A DNA stretch of 64,000 bases from a virus (taxonomy: Duplodnaviria; Caudoviricetes): IMG/VR virus record IMGVR_UViG_3300027983_002388. One strand, 5' to 3'. The notes beneath the pieces were generated by a model. The model was not told where the DNA came from and made no database searches. It was given only the letters and a program-made list of their open reading frames with translations. Both the position numbers and the translations under genes were made by a program. Positions 35,811 through 44,472 of the stretch are shown piece after piece. How positions within the stretch are numbered: the stretch's first letter is position 1; every line of letters begins with the position of its first letter.

Positions 35811-36947
35811 TGCGAAGACAAAGACCCACCGCTTGTGAAATCCGAAAACAAATGAACACTGCCGATAGCACCCACCAAAGGTGTGTGTCGGATTATTCAT
35901 TTGGTAAATTCAAAATGAAACCGGGAGAAGTAATTCTTACTTGGCACGACAAAGAAAACGACAAGCACAATAGAATGGTATTGACCCACCGTTCAACTGG
36001 CGTCCAAATATTTGGATATATCAAGCCAGGATACAACCCATCCAAAAAAGAGATCAGCGAAATGCGAAAGCATTTTATCAAAAAGAATTTGTCTTTACTT
36101 GAAAGCATGACGAGGCGACACCTTAGAGCGTGCATGGCAAGTCAGTATGGACCCATTCCAAAAGGACAGTTCGATGAGTAGAAATCAAATCAAACGATGT
36201 GCCTGTGGGCTACCGCTTCATTATCGAGACAAAACCAAAGAAGCGGAAGTTCAAGGAGAGATCGACAAGCTCGGAGAATGGATACCATTCAGCATTGGTC
36301 AAAGTCGATATTTGGTGCAAAGACACTACAAAGAACTGCACGGCCTTAATCCAAATGAAGTTCCTGCTTTAATGAAGCAAGGAATTATCAGAATAAACAA
36401 GGATTAAAGTCGATATGAACACCTACTCCAACGAACTCATGCAAAAACTGACAAATCAGTTTTAGGCGACATTTTACAATTGGTGCCAAACATTTGGAAG
36501 TTGCTAGTTTTTCGACCTTTTCATGAATTGGCAATAGCATCAATCACAGACAATGTTGCATCATCAGATATTGTCGCTAGAGCTTTGGGCAATTTTTTTA
36601 GCTCCCAAGATTTTCTTTGTTGGTTGGCAATAATTCAGACGCCCAATTATACATTTCAGATAATAAATCTCCAAATTGTTTGGCTCGACTTTGATTACAA
36701 AAATGTAAAGGATAATTGCTATGAGGAAAATGCCAATTAGAACAACCATCCCACTTAATGTGTCCAATTAACAATGGATCTTCATCAGAAACTTCTTGAT
36801 TTCCTTGGTAAATAAAAAAATTAACAATATGTCCATTTTTATGCAAGTCAGCCAACACCACATAAGGATCTTCTGATCCTTGAAAGAACTCTCTTAATGT
36901 ATTCGACATTTCATTGTCTTTCTAAATTTATTTTATTGTCTAATGGC

Positions 36948-37208
36948 TCATACAACAATTCTTACGTTTCCGGGTGGCTTTCTAGGAGCCATCTCTCCCT
37001 GTCCCAAAATCATTACAGAGTGTCCAACTTGTGTTAGGTGAAACTCTAAAGTCACATCCTCAACCATCCAAAGTCCCATGCCAGTTCCATTACAGTGTGG
37101 ACAAGGTCCATCAACCAAACCACTGCAATTACAATTTCCACAAGATTTCTTTACGAAAAAATCCATATCCATCTCCGCCACAAGTGTAACAAAAATCACA
37201 TGGCACAA
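36948..37208 (-). CDS. DnaJ-like Zn-finger/C-terminal fragment (uncertain)
   Basis: CGNCNCSG...CPHCNGTG...GQG...PGNVRIVV. Confidence 0.4.
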   Translation of the reverse strand: MCHVIFVTLVAEMDMDFFVKKSCGNCNCSGLVDGPCPHCNGTGMGLWMVEDVTLEFHLTQVGHSVMILGQGEMAPRKPPGNVRIVV

Positions 37209-37481
37209 AATCGCTCAGTGGAAGAAAGAATGAACATTTTGGCTCTTATCCCAATTGGTGGGATTGCCGGTATGCCGCCATATACGCCACATGCAGGATC
37301 AGGAAAAATCGCCTGTGCTGGCTGTGGTATAGCTTGTTGGATCGGTCCTCGTCAAACCGTGATGAAGCTCGAAAAGCCTGAACTCCCGGCATTGTGCATG
37401 TTGTGTGCGTGCAAAGAAATACAAAAACAAAAAGAATCAGACGAAGAAGTAACTGCATCCGTGATTCCATTAGGTGATTGA
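37200..37481 (+). CDS. Small Cys-motif protein
   Basis: CAGC...C and CMLC motifs. Confidence 0.5.
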   Translation: MAQNRSVEERMNILALIPIGGIAGMPPYTPHAGSGKIACAGCGIACWIGPRQTVMKLEKPELPALCMLCACKEIQKQKESDEEVTASVIPLGD

Positions 37482-38134
37482 ATATGCAAAGAGATTATAG
37501 TTGGAAGCCATCCTGGAGTCCTATTCACAAAGAATGTGACGTTCACCCTCATGTCCCTGCGGAACGTGCTGATTTATTTGAGGTCGCCGATGGCGGCTCT
37601 ACTGAATATGAAGTCTTAAATTGGCTTCATTCCACAATCCGAGTATTGAAGCCACAACTGGTTCTTGAAACTGGTGCGTGGGAGGGTTTCGGAACAACCG
37701 CCCTAGCTCATGCTTGCAAACTCAATGGATTCGGCAAGGTGCATTCTCTTGAAGTTCTGCCGCCACAATGCGTGCGACTTCAGACGGTTCTTGAAGAAGA
37801 ACACTTGCTTAAATGGGTTGAAGTGCATTGCGTAGATTCGCTTGAATTCTTGCAACAATCTAATATTATCTTCGATATTGGATTCTTTGATAGCCTGACC
37901 GAGATCAGGCCCATCGAATGCGAGATAATGCTCAACAAAGGCACGTTGAGAAACCTTGCTGTCTTCCACGACACATCGCCTCATCGGTCTGAATCCGCTC
38001 CTGATTGGACCAGCACAGAAACTCAAAACACATACAGAGAAAAGGTCTTGGCCTTAGCCAAACATCCCCGATGTACTGGCTACTATGATTCCCCACTATC
38101 CAGAGGATTCATGGCCTTGTTCTTAAAAGGCTAA
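37478..38134 (+). CDS. Class I SAM-dependent methyltransferase (Methyltransf_24-like)
   Basis: [10 protein letters not shown]...SLE...FDIGFFDS...FHD. Confidence 0.75.
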   Translation: MNMQRDYSWKPSWSPIHKECDVHPHVPAERADLFEVADGGSTEYEVLNWLHSTIRVLKPQLVLETGAWEGFGTTALAHACKLNGFGKVHSLEVLPPQCVRLQTVLEEEHLLKWVEVHCVDSLEFLQQSNIIFDIGFFDSLTEIRPIECEIMLNKGTLRNLAVFHDTSPHRSESAPDWTSTETQNTYREKVLALAKHPRCTGYYDSPLSRGFMALFLKG

Positions 38135-38135
38135 C

Positions 38136-38473
38136 ATGAAAAACGTAGTTGTAATGTTCCCATATCCATCGGGTGCCGGTTTACACTTGGGGCATTACTA
38201 TAATTATGCCATTATCGACAGCTATTGTCGATTTCTGCGATATGAGGGCGAAGAAGTCTTTCAGCCTTTTGGATATGACGCATTCGGACTGCCTGCCGAG
38301 ATCAAGGCTTGAAGAATTCAGTACGAAATTATTTGTTCTTTTGGAAAGTGAACAAGGTGGTCAGCACATTCATGACCTTCTATAACGACAACAAAGACAA
38401 AAAAGTCTCGCCCGCCAACGCCAAAGAGATTGTCCAGTTGCTTCAAAATTTTGCACCTGGATTTAATCTTTGA
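38136..38473 (+). pseudogene. leuS: Leucyl-tRNA synthetase relic: HIGH-motif N-terminus plus out-of-frame anticodon-binding-domain fragment
   Basis: 38136-38312 [14 protein letters not shown]...[12 protein letters not shown]; other frame to 38473 VNKVVSTFMTFYN...LLQNFAPG. Confidence 0.8.
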
Positions 38474-39189
38474 AAATATCGTTCTGCACAACTTGTATGG
38501 GCAGGGTTCATCATCTAATGAGAACCCTGCCCATAAATATTCATGTCGCTCCAGATTGCGAATTTGTGTTGCTTAACTATGGCAGCAAAGATGGAATGCA
38601 CGAGTGGGTCCGAGACAATATGCGTCCTTGGATAAATCGAGGAACCATCAAGTATTATAGAACTCAGCTTCCTGAATACTTCGTGGCGACACATGCCAAA
38701 AACATTGCACATCGCCAAGCGACCGGCGATATTCTTTGCAATTTAGACGCAGACAATTTCTTGATTGACGGCTTTGTTGAATTGGTTAAAAAGACCATGA
38801 GCGACAAACAAAGCATTATGACTGCTCCTATATTTGATATGTTCAATATGTCGGGCAGTTGCGGAAAGATAGCAGTTCATCGAGAGCATTTCTATAGCGT
38901 AAATGGATACAACGAAGACATCAATTTGGGATGGGGGTGGGATGATATTGATTTTGAATTACGTGCAGCCATGCACAACAAATTGAAATACGCTCAAACT
39001 CCCGTGAAGTTTTGCCGAGTAATAGACCACGACGAATCAGATCGAGTCAAGAACTTTCGCACCAAAAACTTGAAGGATTCCCAACGGACAAATGGGGAAC
39101 TGTTGGAAACGGTGAAAAATACTAGAAATTACGTTGTCAACAAAAACAGAGAGTGGGGAGTTGCATTAGATTTATCCAGTGATATATAA
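38470..39189 (+). CDS. GT2/GT7-like glycosyltransferase
   Basis: NLDAD; VNGYNED...GWGWDDIDF. Confidence 0.75.
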   Translation: MKISFCTTCMGRVHHLMRTLPINIHVAPDCEFVLLNYGSKDGMHEWVRDNMRPWINRGTIKYYRTQLPEYFVATHAKNIAHRQATGDILCNLDADNFLIDGFVELVKKTMSDKQSIMTAPIFDMFNMSGSCGKIAVHREHFYSVNGYNEDINLGWGWDDIDFELRAAMHNKLKYAQTPVKFCRVIDHDESDRVKNFRTKNLKDSQRTNGELLETVKNTRNYVVNKNREWGVALDLSSDI

Positions 39190-39192
39190 GAC

Positions 39193-39417
39193 ATGATTAA
39201 ATTCAAAGACTGGATGCAGACAAGAGAAGCCAAACTCCGAGAAATGGGGAGTGGTCCATATATTGGAAACTGCACTGACACCAGTGATTATCAAGTAATT
39301 GGTGCTTGTAGCGATCAAAATTCCGAAGAAAAGAACAAGGCGTATCGAAAAGGTGGCGTAGACCACAAAAAAGTCCACAAGCATTCCGACAAGATCAGAT
39401 CAAAAGTCGGTATATAA
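39193..39417 (+). CDS. Small protein with CTS-like N-terminus (MIKFKDWMQTRE)
   Basis: TATATAAG 10 nt upstream of ATG. Confidence 0.55.
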   Translation: MIKFKDWMQTREAKLREMGSGPYIGNCTDTSDYQVIGACSDQNSEEKNKAYRKGGVDHKKVHKHSDKIRSKVGI

Positions 39418-39420
39418 GGT

Positions 39421-39840
39421 ATGATGACGTTCAAGGAATTCGTGGGATCGCAAGAAGTACAGCCGCAGGTGCAACAGCCTCAAGCGGCTGGTTCTCAGCA
39501 ATCATCCAAATGGAAGGCCACAAAAGATGAAATTGTGGGCTACTGGAAGAACTTACGTCCCGACACACCCGTCCAAATGCGAGCCATTGATTACACCCAT
39601 AAGGGATCAACATATGGCGAAGACGGAATGCGACTAACAGGCAGTCCGCAGTTTATTGCATCAATTTTAGCCAGAATGAAAGAGTTGTTGACTTACGAAA
39701 CTCCAACAACCAAACTCGCCGTTACATATCGACAAACAGAGTCCCCCAGCAAGATGGCAATGGGACAAAGTAAAACTTCCTACGTCTTTTACGTTGCTGC
39801 TCGTCAACGTGGCGGCAAAACTCAAATCGCACCCAACTAG
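39421..39840 (+). CDS. Protein with CTS-like N-terminus (MMTFKEFVGSQE)
   Basis: TATATAAG 10 nt upstream of ATG. Confidence 0.6.
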   Translation: MMTFKEFVGSQEVQPQVQQPQAAGSQQSSKWKATKDEIVGYWKNLRPDTPVQMRAIDYTHKGSTYGEDGMRLTGSPQFIASILARMKELLTYETPTTKLAVTYRQTESPSKMAMGQSKTSYVFYVAARQRGGKTQIAPN

Positions 39841-39917
39841 ACTTGATTTTATCTTTCGTGATTGTATACTCATAACTTGTGTTGAGAACCAACCAAGGCC
39901 CCAAAGGAGAGTTTACA

Positions 39918-40370
39918 GTGAGTATGAAAATTGCGTGGACGATTGCCGGAATTGTCGGAATTTCCGCTCTGTGTGTGGGATCAATGACGTGGCACGCCTG
40001 GAGTGTCCAGAAGGAAAACCAACGACTCTCGCTGGTGAATTACATCTATGTTGCGGAGCATCGTATTCTCAAGGATGAAATCTCTGAACTTGCATCTAAG
40101 CCAACATACGATCAGGGATATAAAGACGCTCTGATCCGCATCGGCGGACCACAAGTCCCTGGTGCATACCAAGATGGCTGGGACGACGCTCAGAAGCTCT
40201 GTGGTGCGGAAAACAATTACGCAGACGGGTATCACGCTGCAATCCAACAGTTTGGATATACTAAGACTACAACAATGGCTCGTTGGTTGGTTCCCGAACC
40301 AAAAGACAAGGCTATTGCTGCGGATAAGTCCAACAAGGAAGGCATCACGCCTGCTAAATTGGAAAAGTAA
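39918..40370 (+). CDS. Membrane-anchored protein
   Basis: Signal-anchor helix; repeated YxxGY motifs. Confidence 0.55.
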   Translation: MSMKIAWTIAGIVGISALCVGSMTWHAWSVQKENQRLSLVNYIYVAEHRILKDEISELASKPTYDQGYKDALIRIGGPQVPGAYQDGWDDAQKLCGAENNYADGYHAAIQQFGYTKTTTMARWLVPEPKDKAIAADKSNKEGITPAKLEK

Positions 40371-40450
40371 TCCAAACCGCTATAGAAAGCATTGGCTACA
40401 GTAAATCGGGTGATTTAGGGAAAGGTACGTCCTTTCCTTTGGGGAAACAA

Positions 40451-40555
40451 AGACAGCCAGGATGTTGGCCTAGAAGTAGCCAACATTCAAAGAGTAGGGT
40501 TACACAGGGACTTCCTGTTAACGGACCCTTTTGGTGTAATAACACACTGGCCGAG
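40451..40555 (+). ncRNA. 23S rRNA GTPase-associated-centre (H42 distal/H43/H44) mimic with a 38-nt hairpin insertion
   Basis: AGACAGCCAGGATGTTGGCCTAGAAGTAGCCAACATTCAAAGAGT-[38 nt]-GTGTAATAACACACTGGCCGAG; compensatory changes. Confidence 0.85.
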
Positions 40556-40593
40556 CCACCCAACACTCGACACTGGCAATGCTGGTGCCTGGA

Positions 40594-40636
40594 GAGCATG
40601 TCGCCGACGAAGGCTTAGGCGACATGCTCATTTTTT
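40594..40636 (+). terminator. Intrinsic terminator after the rRNA-mimic RNA
   Basis: GAGCATGTCGCC/GGCGACATGCTC + T6. Confidence 0.85.
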
Positions 40637-40651
40637 GAAAAGAAAGATGAA

Positions 40652-40834
40652 ATGATAGCTTGTATTTGCGGTGGATTTTTGGAACTAGGTTACATCCTAG
40701 TGATGGCAATTATTTCTATTTCGGGAGCAATATTTGGCACCAACTGGTACAATACAGCACGATATAAAAAGTACATAAAATACAAAGACAAACACAAAGG
40801 CTGTGGTTGCGACTGTCACAAAGAAGACGAGTAG
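40652..40834 (+). CDS. Small membrane protein with Cys/His tail
   Basis: TM helix; HKGCGCDCH. Confidence 0.55.
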   Translation: MIACICGGFLELGYILVMAIISISGAIFGTNWYNTARYKKYIKYKDKHKGCGCDCHKEDE

Positions 40835-40837
40835 TGC

Positions 40838-40919
40838 GGCCCTGTGGTGGAATTGGAATACACATGGGACTTAAAATCCCACGCCGAAAGGATTGCGGGT
40901 TCGAGTCCCGCCAGGGCTA
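40838..40919 (+). tRNA. tRNA-Leu(TAA), canonical long variable arm
   Basis: GGCCCTG/CAGGGCT; TGGGA-CTTAAAA-TCCCA. Confidence 0.92.
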
Positions 40920-40922
40920 CGT

Positions 40923-40951
40923 TTTACAAGATGCCTAAAACGTGGTAAAAC
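40923..40951 (+). promoter_or_regulatory. Promoter TTTACA-N12-CGTGG-TAAAAC
   Basis: Window consensus with imperfect -10. Confidence 0.5.
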
Positions 40952-40952
40952 T

Positions 40953-41033
40953 GGCCGAGTGGTGGAATGGCATACACGATGGTTTTAGGAACCATTGCCG
41001 CAAGGCTTGCAGGTTCAAGTCCTGTCTCGGTCA
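40953..41033 (+). tRNA. tRNA-Leu(TAG), canonical long variable arm
   Basis: GGCCGAG/CTCGGTC; ATGGT-TTTAGGA-ACCAT. Confidence 0.92.
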
Positions 41034-41043
41034 CTAATGAGGA

Positions 41044-41556
41044 ATGAGGAATGAGGATACGATGGAAGTTTCGGTTGGCGATTACGGTCGCATGATGTTC
41101 GAGATGATGGTTGCTGAAAAAGGCAATCTCCCGGAACACTGGCAAAGCATTCAAGTCCTTGCTGAACCTCTAGTTCGTCAGCTTATTGCCCTCAACGGTC
41201 AAATGACTAACGGTGGATATGAAATCCACGGTTATGTTGAACCGGGCAACAAGAAAATATTATCCAAACACGAACTGATCCAAGCCGCTCAAGAAAAAGC
41301 CCTAAAGTTCCCTGCCAATAAATTGAAGATAGGCGACCGTCTTTGGTTGATTGAAGATGGTGAGCTTGACATGAGTTTCGACCAAGACCCTGTGGCAGTA
41401 AGTGATATTGGCAATACAGGCAGCATCTATGTTGAAATGCAAGGCGGATACGTTGCCCAAATCCACCCTTCTAACCTTGTGTTGAAGGCACCAGACGATT
41501 GGGATGAAAACGAAGATCAATATCGTTCTGATGATTACTGGTTAAATGCAAAATGA
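41044..41556 (+). CDS. Hypothetical protein
   Basis: ORF. Confidence 0.55.
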   Translation: MRNEDTMEVSVGDYGRMMFEMMVAEKGNLPEHWQSIQVLAEPLVRQLIALNGQMTNGGYEIHGYVEPGNKKILSKHELIQAAQEKALKFPANKLKIGDRLWLIEDGELDMSFDQDPVAVSDIGNTGSIYVEMQGGYVAQIHPSNLVLKAPDDWDENEDQYRSDDYWLNAK

Positions 41557-41652
41557 AAATTAAGCCTATTGATTCAACAAAAAAGAAGAAAAGCCTTTGG
41601 GCGTCGAAGTCATCTACTTGAAAAGAGAATCAGACGGCAACTGGAAAACCTT

Positions 41653-42537
41653 ATGAAAGTTTTTTACAACGAAAATCAGTCAGTGGAAAATAATCCAAGC
41701 ATTTCGCCAAGTGCCAAGAAGCCCACGGCAGTATTGAAGTCGTGGCAGGAAATTGTGCCTGTCGAGATCATGCCAGTTGTTCCTGTAACCGTTGCAGACT
41801 TGGAGTTGGTGCATGACAGAGAATACGTTAATGATGTTATCTCTTGTCGCATAGAAAATGGGTTCGGCAACAAACTGAAAACCATTGCTGATTCTTTGCT
41901 GTGGACAAATGGTAGTTTTCTTAGTGCTGCTAAATACGCAGTTGAAAACAAAACAAATACAGTTAGCCCAACAAGTGGTTTTCACCATGCAGGATATTAT
42001 GCTGGTAGTGGATTTTGTACATTTAATGGACTTATGTTGGCGGCAATAACGCTCAAAAATGCCATGCTGGTCAATCGAGTTGCCATTGCTGATTTAGATA
42101 TGCACTATGGCAATGGCACGGATTGCATCCTTGAGCAGTTATCCATTCGAGGAATGAAAGATTTCATCTCTCATTATACTTTTGGCGGGCATTTAGACAC
42201 TGTTGATCGTGGAGCTAAAAGTCGGCTTGCTTTTGGCCAAGCATACACAAAACTTTTGCCCGACATTATCACTAGGTTGCTTGATGATGCAGATGTTCTG
42301 TTCTATCAGGCTGGGGCTGACCCTCATGTGAATGATCCATATGGCGGCGTTCTCACGACTGAAGAGTTAAAAGAAAGAGATCGCATTGTTTTTACAATTG
42401 CGAAAGAAAGAGGAGTGCCGGTTGTTTGGAATTTAGCAGGCGGGTATCAAACCGACTTTTCTAAAGTCTTGGAAATCCACAACAACACAGCTTTGTTGCA
42501 CGTTGAGATATTCGAGAATGCACCGGAAACCTTGTGA
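41653..42537 (+). CDS. Zn-dependent histone deacetylase/AcuC-family protein
   Basis: GFHHA, GFCTFN, DLDMHYGNGT, GADPH.NDP.G, GGY. Confidence 0.9.
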   Translation: MKVFYNENQSVENNPSISPSAKKPTAVLKSWQEIVPVEIMPVVPVTVADLELVHDREYVNDVISCRIENGFGNKLKTIADSLLWTNGSFLSAAKYAVENKTNTVSPTSGFHHAGYYAGSGFCTFNGLMLAAITLKNAMLVNRVAIADLDMHYGNGTDCILEQLSIRGMKDFISHYTFGGHLDTVDRGAKSRLAFGQAYTKLLPDIITRLLDDADVLFYQAGADPHVNDPYGGVLTTEELKERDRIVFTIAKERGVPVVWNLAGGYQTDFSKVLEIHNNTALLHVEIFENAPETL

Positions 42538-42896
42538 GGCATTTAATTATGTGGGCTGTTCTTTGCACGGATGGACAATTGAACCTCAACGAAGTTCGCA
42601 ACGAATGTGTGCCCGGCAAATGGGTGCCATTATTCGTTTACAGAACGAACCCTGAAGACAATCCTGTTGTCCCTGTATTCCACGATGGGTTAACTACCAA
42701 GAAATTCGCCAAACGAAACATGCCTAAGAATTGGATGTGTGGCGGGGTAGAGCTTACCGACAGGGATGTTGAGTGGATGAAAGAAAAAGGATGGATCATC
42801 AAAGAAATGACTTATCCTCAAAAAGTTGACAACTTCATCTGTGGCTTTGAGGTTCTTGAGTTTGCCGAAGCCCCTGATTTCAGGACAAGTAGATGA
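42534..42896 (+). CDS. Hypothetical protein
   Basis: ORF overlapping its neighbours by 4 nt. Confidence 0.55.
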   Translation: MRHLIMWAVLCTDGQLNLNEVRNECVPGKWVPLFVYRTNPEDNPVVPVFHDGLTTKKFAKRNMPKNWMCGGVELTDRDVEWMKEKGWIIKEMTYPQKVDNFICGFEVLEFAEAPDFRTSR

Positions 42897-43516
42897 AACG
42901 TGAAGTTGACGACATTCATGTTGCCGCCAAAAAGTTCGTGTCTCGATATATTCGAGGCCGCAAACCTCGTCGTTTACACACATCCAGCAGCAAGCTGGCT
43001 CTGAAGGATATTCATCTCACACCACAAATCACCGATCACAAACCTAAAGGCATTTGGTACGGAATTGCCGATTCATGGATTGATTGGTGTATTAGCGAAC
43101 ATTTTGGAGGCATCCACCAATACATCTACGAAGTCGTATTGGACGAAGGCAATATATTGACCATTGACAATATCCAAGACTTTGAAAAGTTCGAGGACGA
43201 ACACAAGGATATTCCTGAGTGGCGTAAAGAACTTCAGTCCGTCGATGGCTTCCCATTTGATCTGCCATTCGGAAGATCGAGATATTTTGACAGCATGAAC
43301 TACAGGAAGGTTTCTGAAACTTTCGGAGGGATTGAAATTACTCCCTATCAATGGGAAAAAAGACTTGAATCTATGTGGTATCATGGTTGGGACTGTGCCA
43401 GCGGGTGCATTTGGAATCCCAGCGTCATCAAGGATTTAAGGCTTTTTGCCTACTTTGATGCCCGAAAAGGTGAGTTCGTCAAAACGAGTTTACAACCCGA
43501 CAAAACCAAGGTATAA
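42893..43516 (+). CDS. Hypothetical protein (KPKGIWY...WDCASGCIW)
   Basis: ORF. Confidence 0.6.
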   Translation: MKREVDDIHVAAKKFVSRYIRGRKPRRLHTSSSKLALKDIHLTPQITDHKPKGIWYGIADSWIDWCISEHFGGIHQYIYEVVLDEGNILTIDNIQDFEKFEDEHKDIPEWRKELQSVDGFPFDLPFGRSRYFDSMNYRKVSETFGGIEITPYQWEKRLESMWYHGWDCASGCIWNPSVIKDLRLFAYFDARKGEFVKTSLQPDKTKV

Positions 43517-43517
43517 T
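43489..43517 (+). promoter_or_regulatory. Promoter TTTACA-N17-TATAAT
   Basis: Consensus boxes upstream of the DUF350 operon. Confidence 0.65.
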
Positions 43518-43577
43518 CCTTTCGTTGCTTCTAAACCTTCAGTTCACAGTTCACAGTACACAAACAGGGGAGTTGAG

Positions 43578-43796
43578 ATGAATTTGCCAGAGAACTTTTG
43601 GATCGGTGTGTTTGGTTCTTTGATTTTCGGTTTCATGGGCATCGTGTTGTTGCTCGTTGGCTTCAAGATGTTCGACTGGCTTCTGCCCAAGGTCGATTTC
43701 CAGGCTGAAATGAGAGGAAACCCGCTCGCAACGTCCATCATCGTTGCCTCGTTTTTTCTGGCGTTAGCACACATCATCGCCTCGTGCGTACACTAA
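43578..43796 (+). CDS. DUF350 membrane protein
   Basis: Two TM helices; FDWLLPKVDFQAE..GN.A. Confidence 0.8.
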   Translation: MNLPENFWIGVFGSLIFGFMGIVLLLVGFKMFDWLLPKVDFQAEMRGNPLATSIIVASFFLALAHIIASCVH

Positions 43797-43886
43797 CGGT
43801 ATTCACGTTGCTCGATCATAAGTCCGGCTAACGGCGAGCAGCAATTGCGGCTTGTCTAGTCGGACTTTTTCTTATGTGAGCGAGTC

Positions 43887-44249
43887 ATGCCAATAAGTCG
43901 ATTCATGAACAACAAGATGACTAAAAAGGTCGGACTTGTTCTGATCTCGTCATCTTTGATCCTCAATGGATGTTCACATCATGTGCCAGAGCAAGACCCT
44001 TCACAAGAGGGTCAACCGCAAATAATTCATGGTGGCGTTCATCCGTTTTGGTATTTCCATCACAGTGGCGGCTACGTTGGCGGAAGTGGATATAGTGGCG
44101 GGGGTTTCCATCCCGGCACTTATACGCATGGTGGCGGCATAGTCTCAAGCGGTGGAATTCGCAGTGGTGGAGGATTCAAAGCATCGCCATCAGTTAGCGC
44201 CCGTGGCGGCTTTGGTGCTTCCAGTCATGCCTTTGGTGGAGGATCATAA
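43887..44249 (+). CDS. Gly-rich lipoprotein (DUF1190/YjfM-like position)
   Basis: Lipobox LNGC; C-terminal RGGFGAS. Confidence 0.65.
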   Translation: MPISRFMNNKMTKKVGLVLISSSLILNGCSHHVPEQDPSQEGQPQIIHGGVHPFWYFHHSGGYVGGSGYSGGGFHPGTYTHGGGIVSSGGIRSGGGFKASPSVSARGGFGASSHAFGGGS

Positions 44250-44250
44250 C

Positions 44251-44472
44251 ATGGCAGTTGAAACAGATATTACAAAGCGTTGGGAACAAGGGATAGATCA
44301 CCATCCCAAAAGCATCGCTTTGTTCAAAAAACTAGCAGAAATCGACTTCAAATTCGGTGGAGATTTCTTCGACTGGTCATCAGGTGGCGATGGAGACAAT
44401 GGCGAACATTTAATGTACGAAATGGACATTATGTTCGAGAAAGAAGATGCTGAAATAGGAGCTTCATCATGA
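44251..44472 (+). CDS. Hypothetical protein (GGDGDNGE motif)
   Basis: ORF with SD. Confidence 0.55.
   Translation: MAVETDITKRWEQGIDHHPKSIALFKKLAEIDFKFGGDFFDWSSGGDGDNGEHLMYEMDIMFEKEDAEIGASS

Noticed and set aside
40451-40555. A true rRNA gene or host contamination
   Set aside because: Only ~100 nt of rRNA-like sequence, interrupted by an insertion and flanked by phage genes and a terminator; treated as a mimic ncRNA instead.
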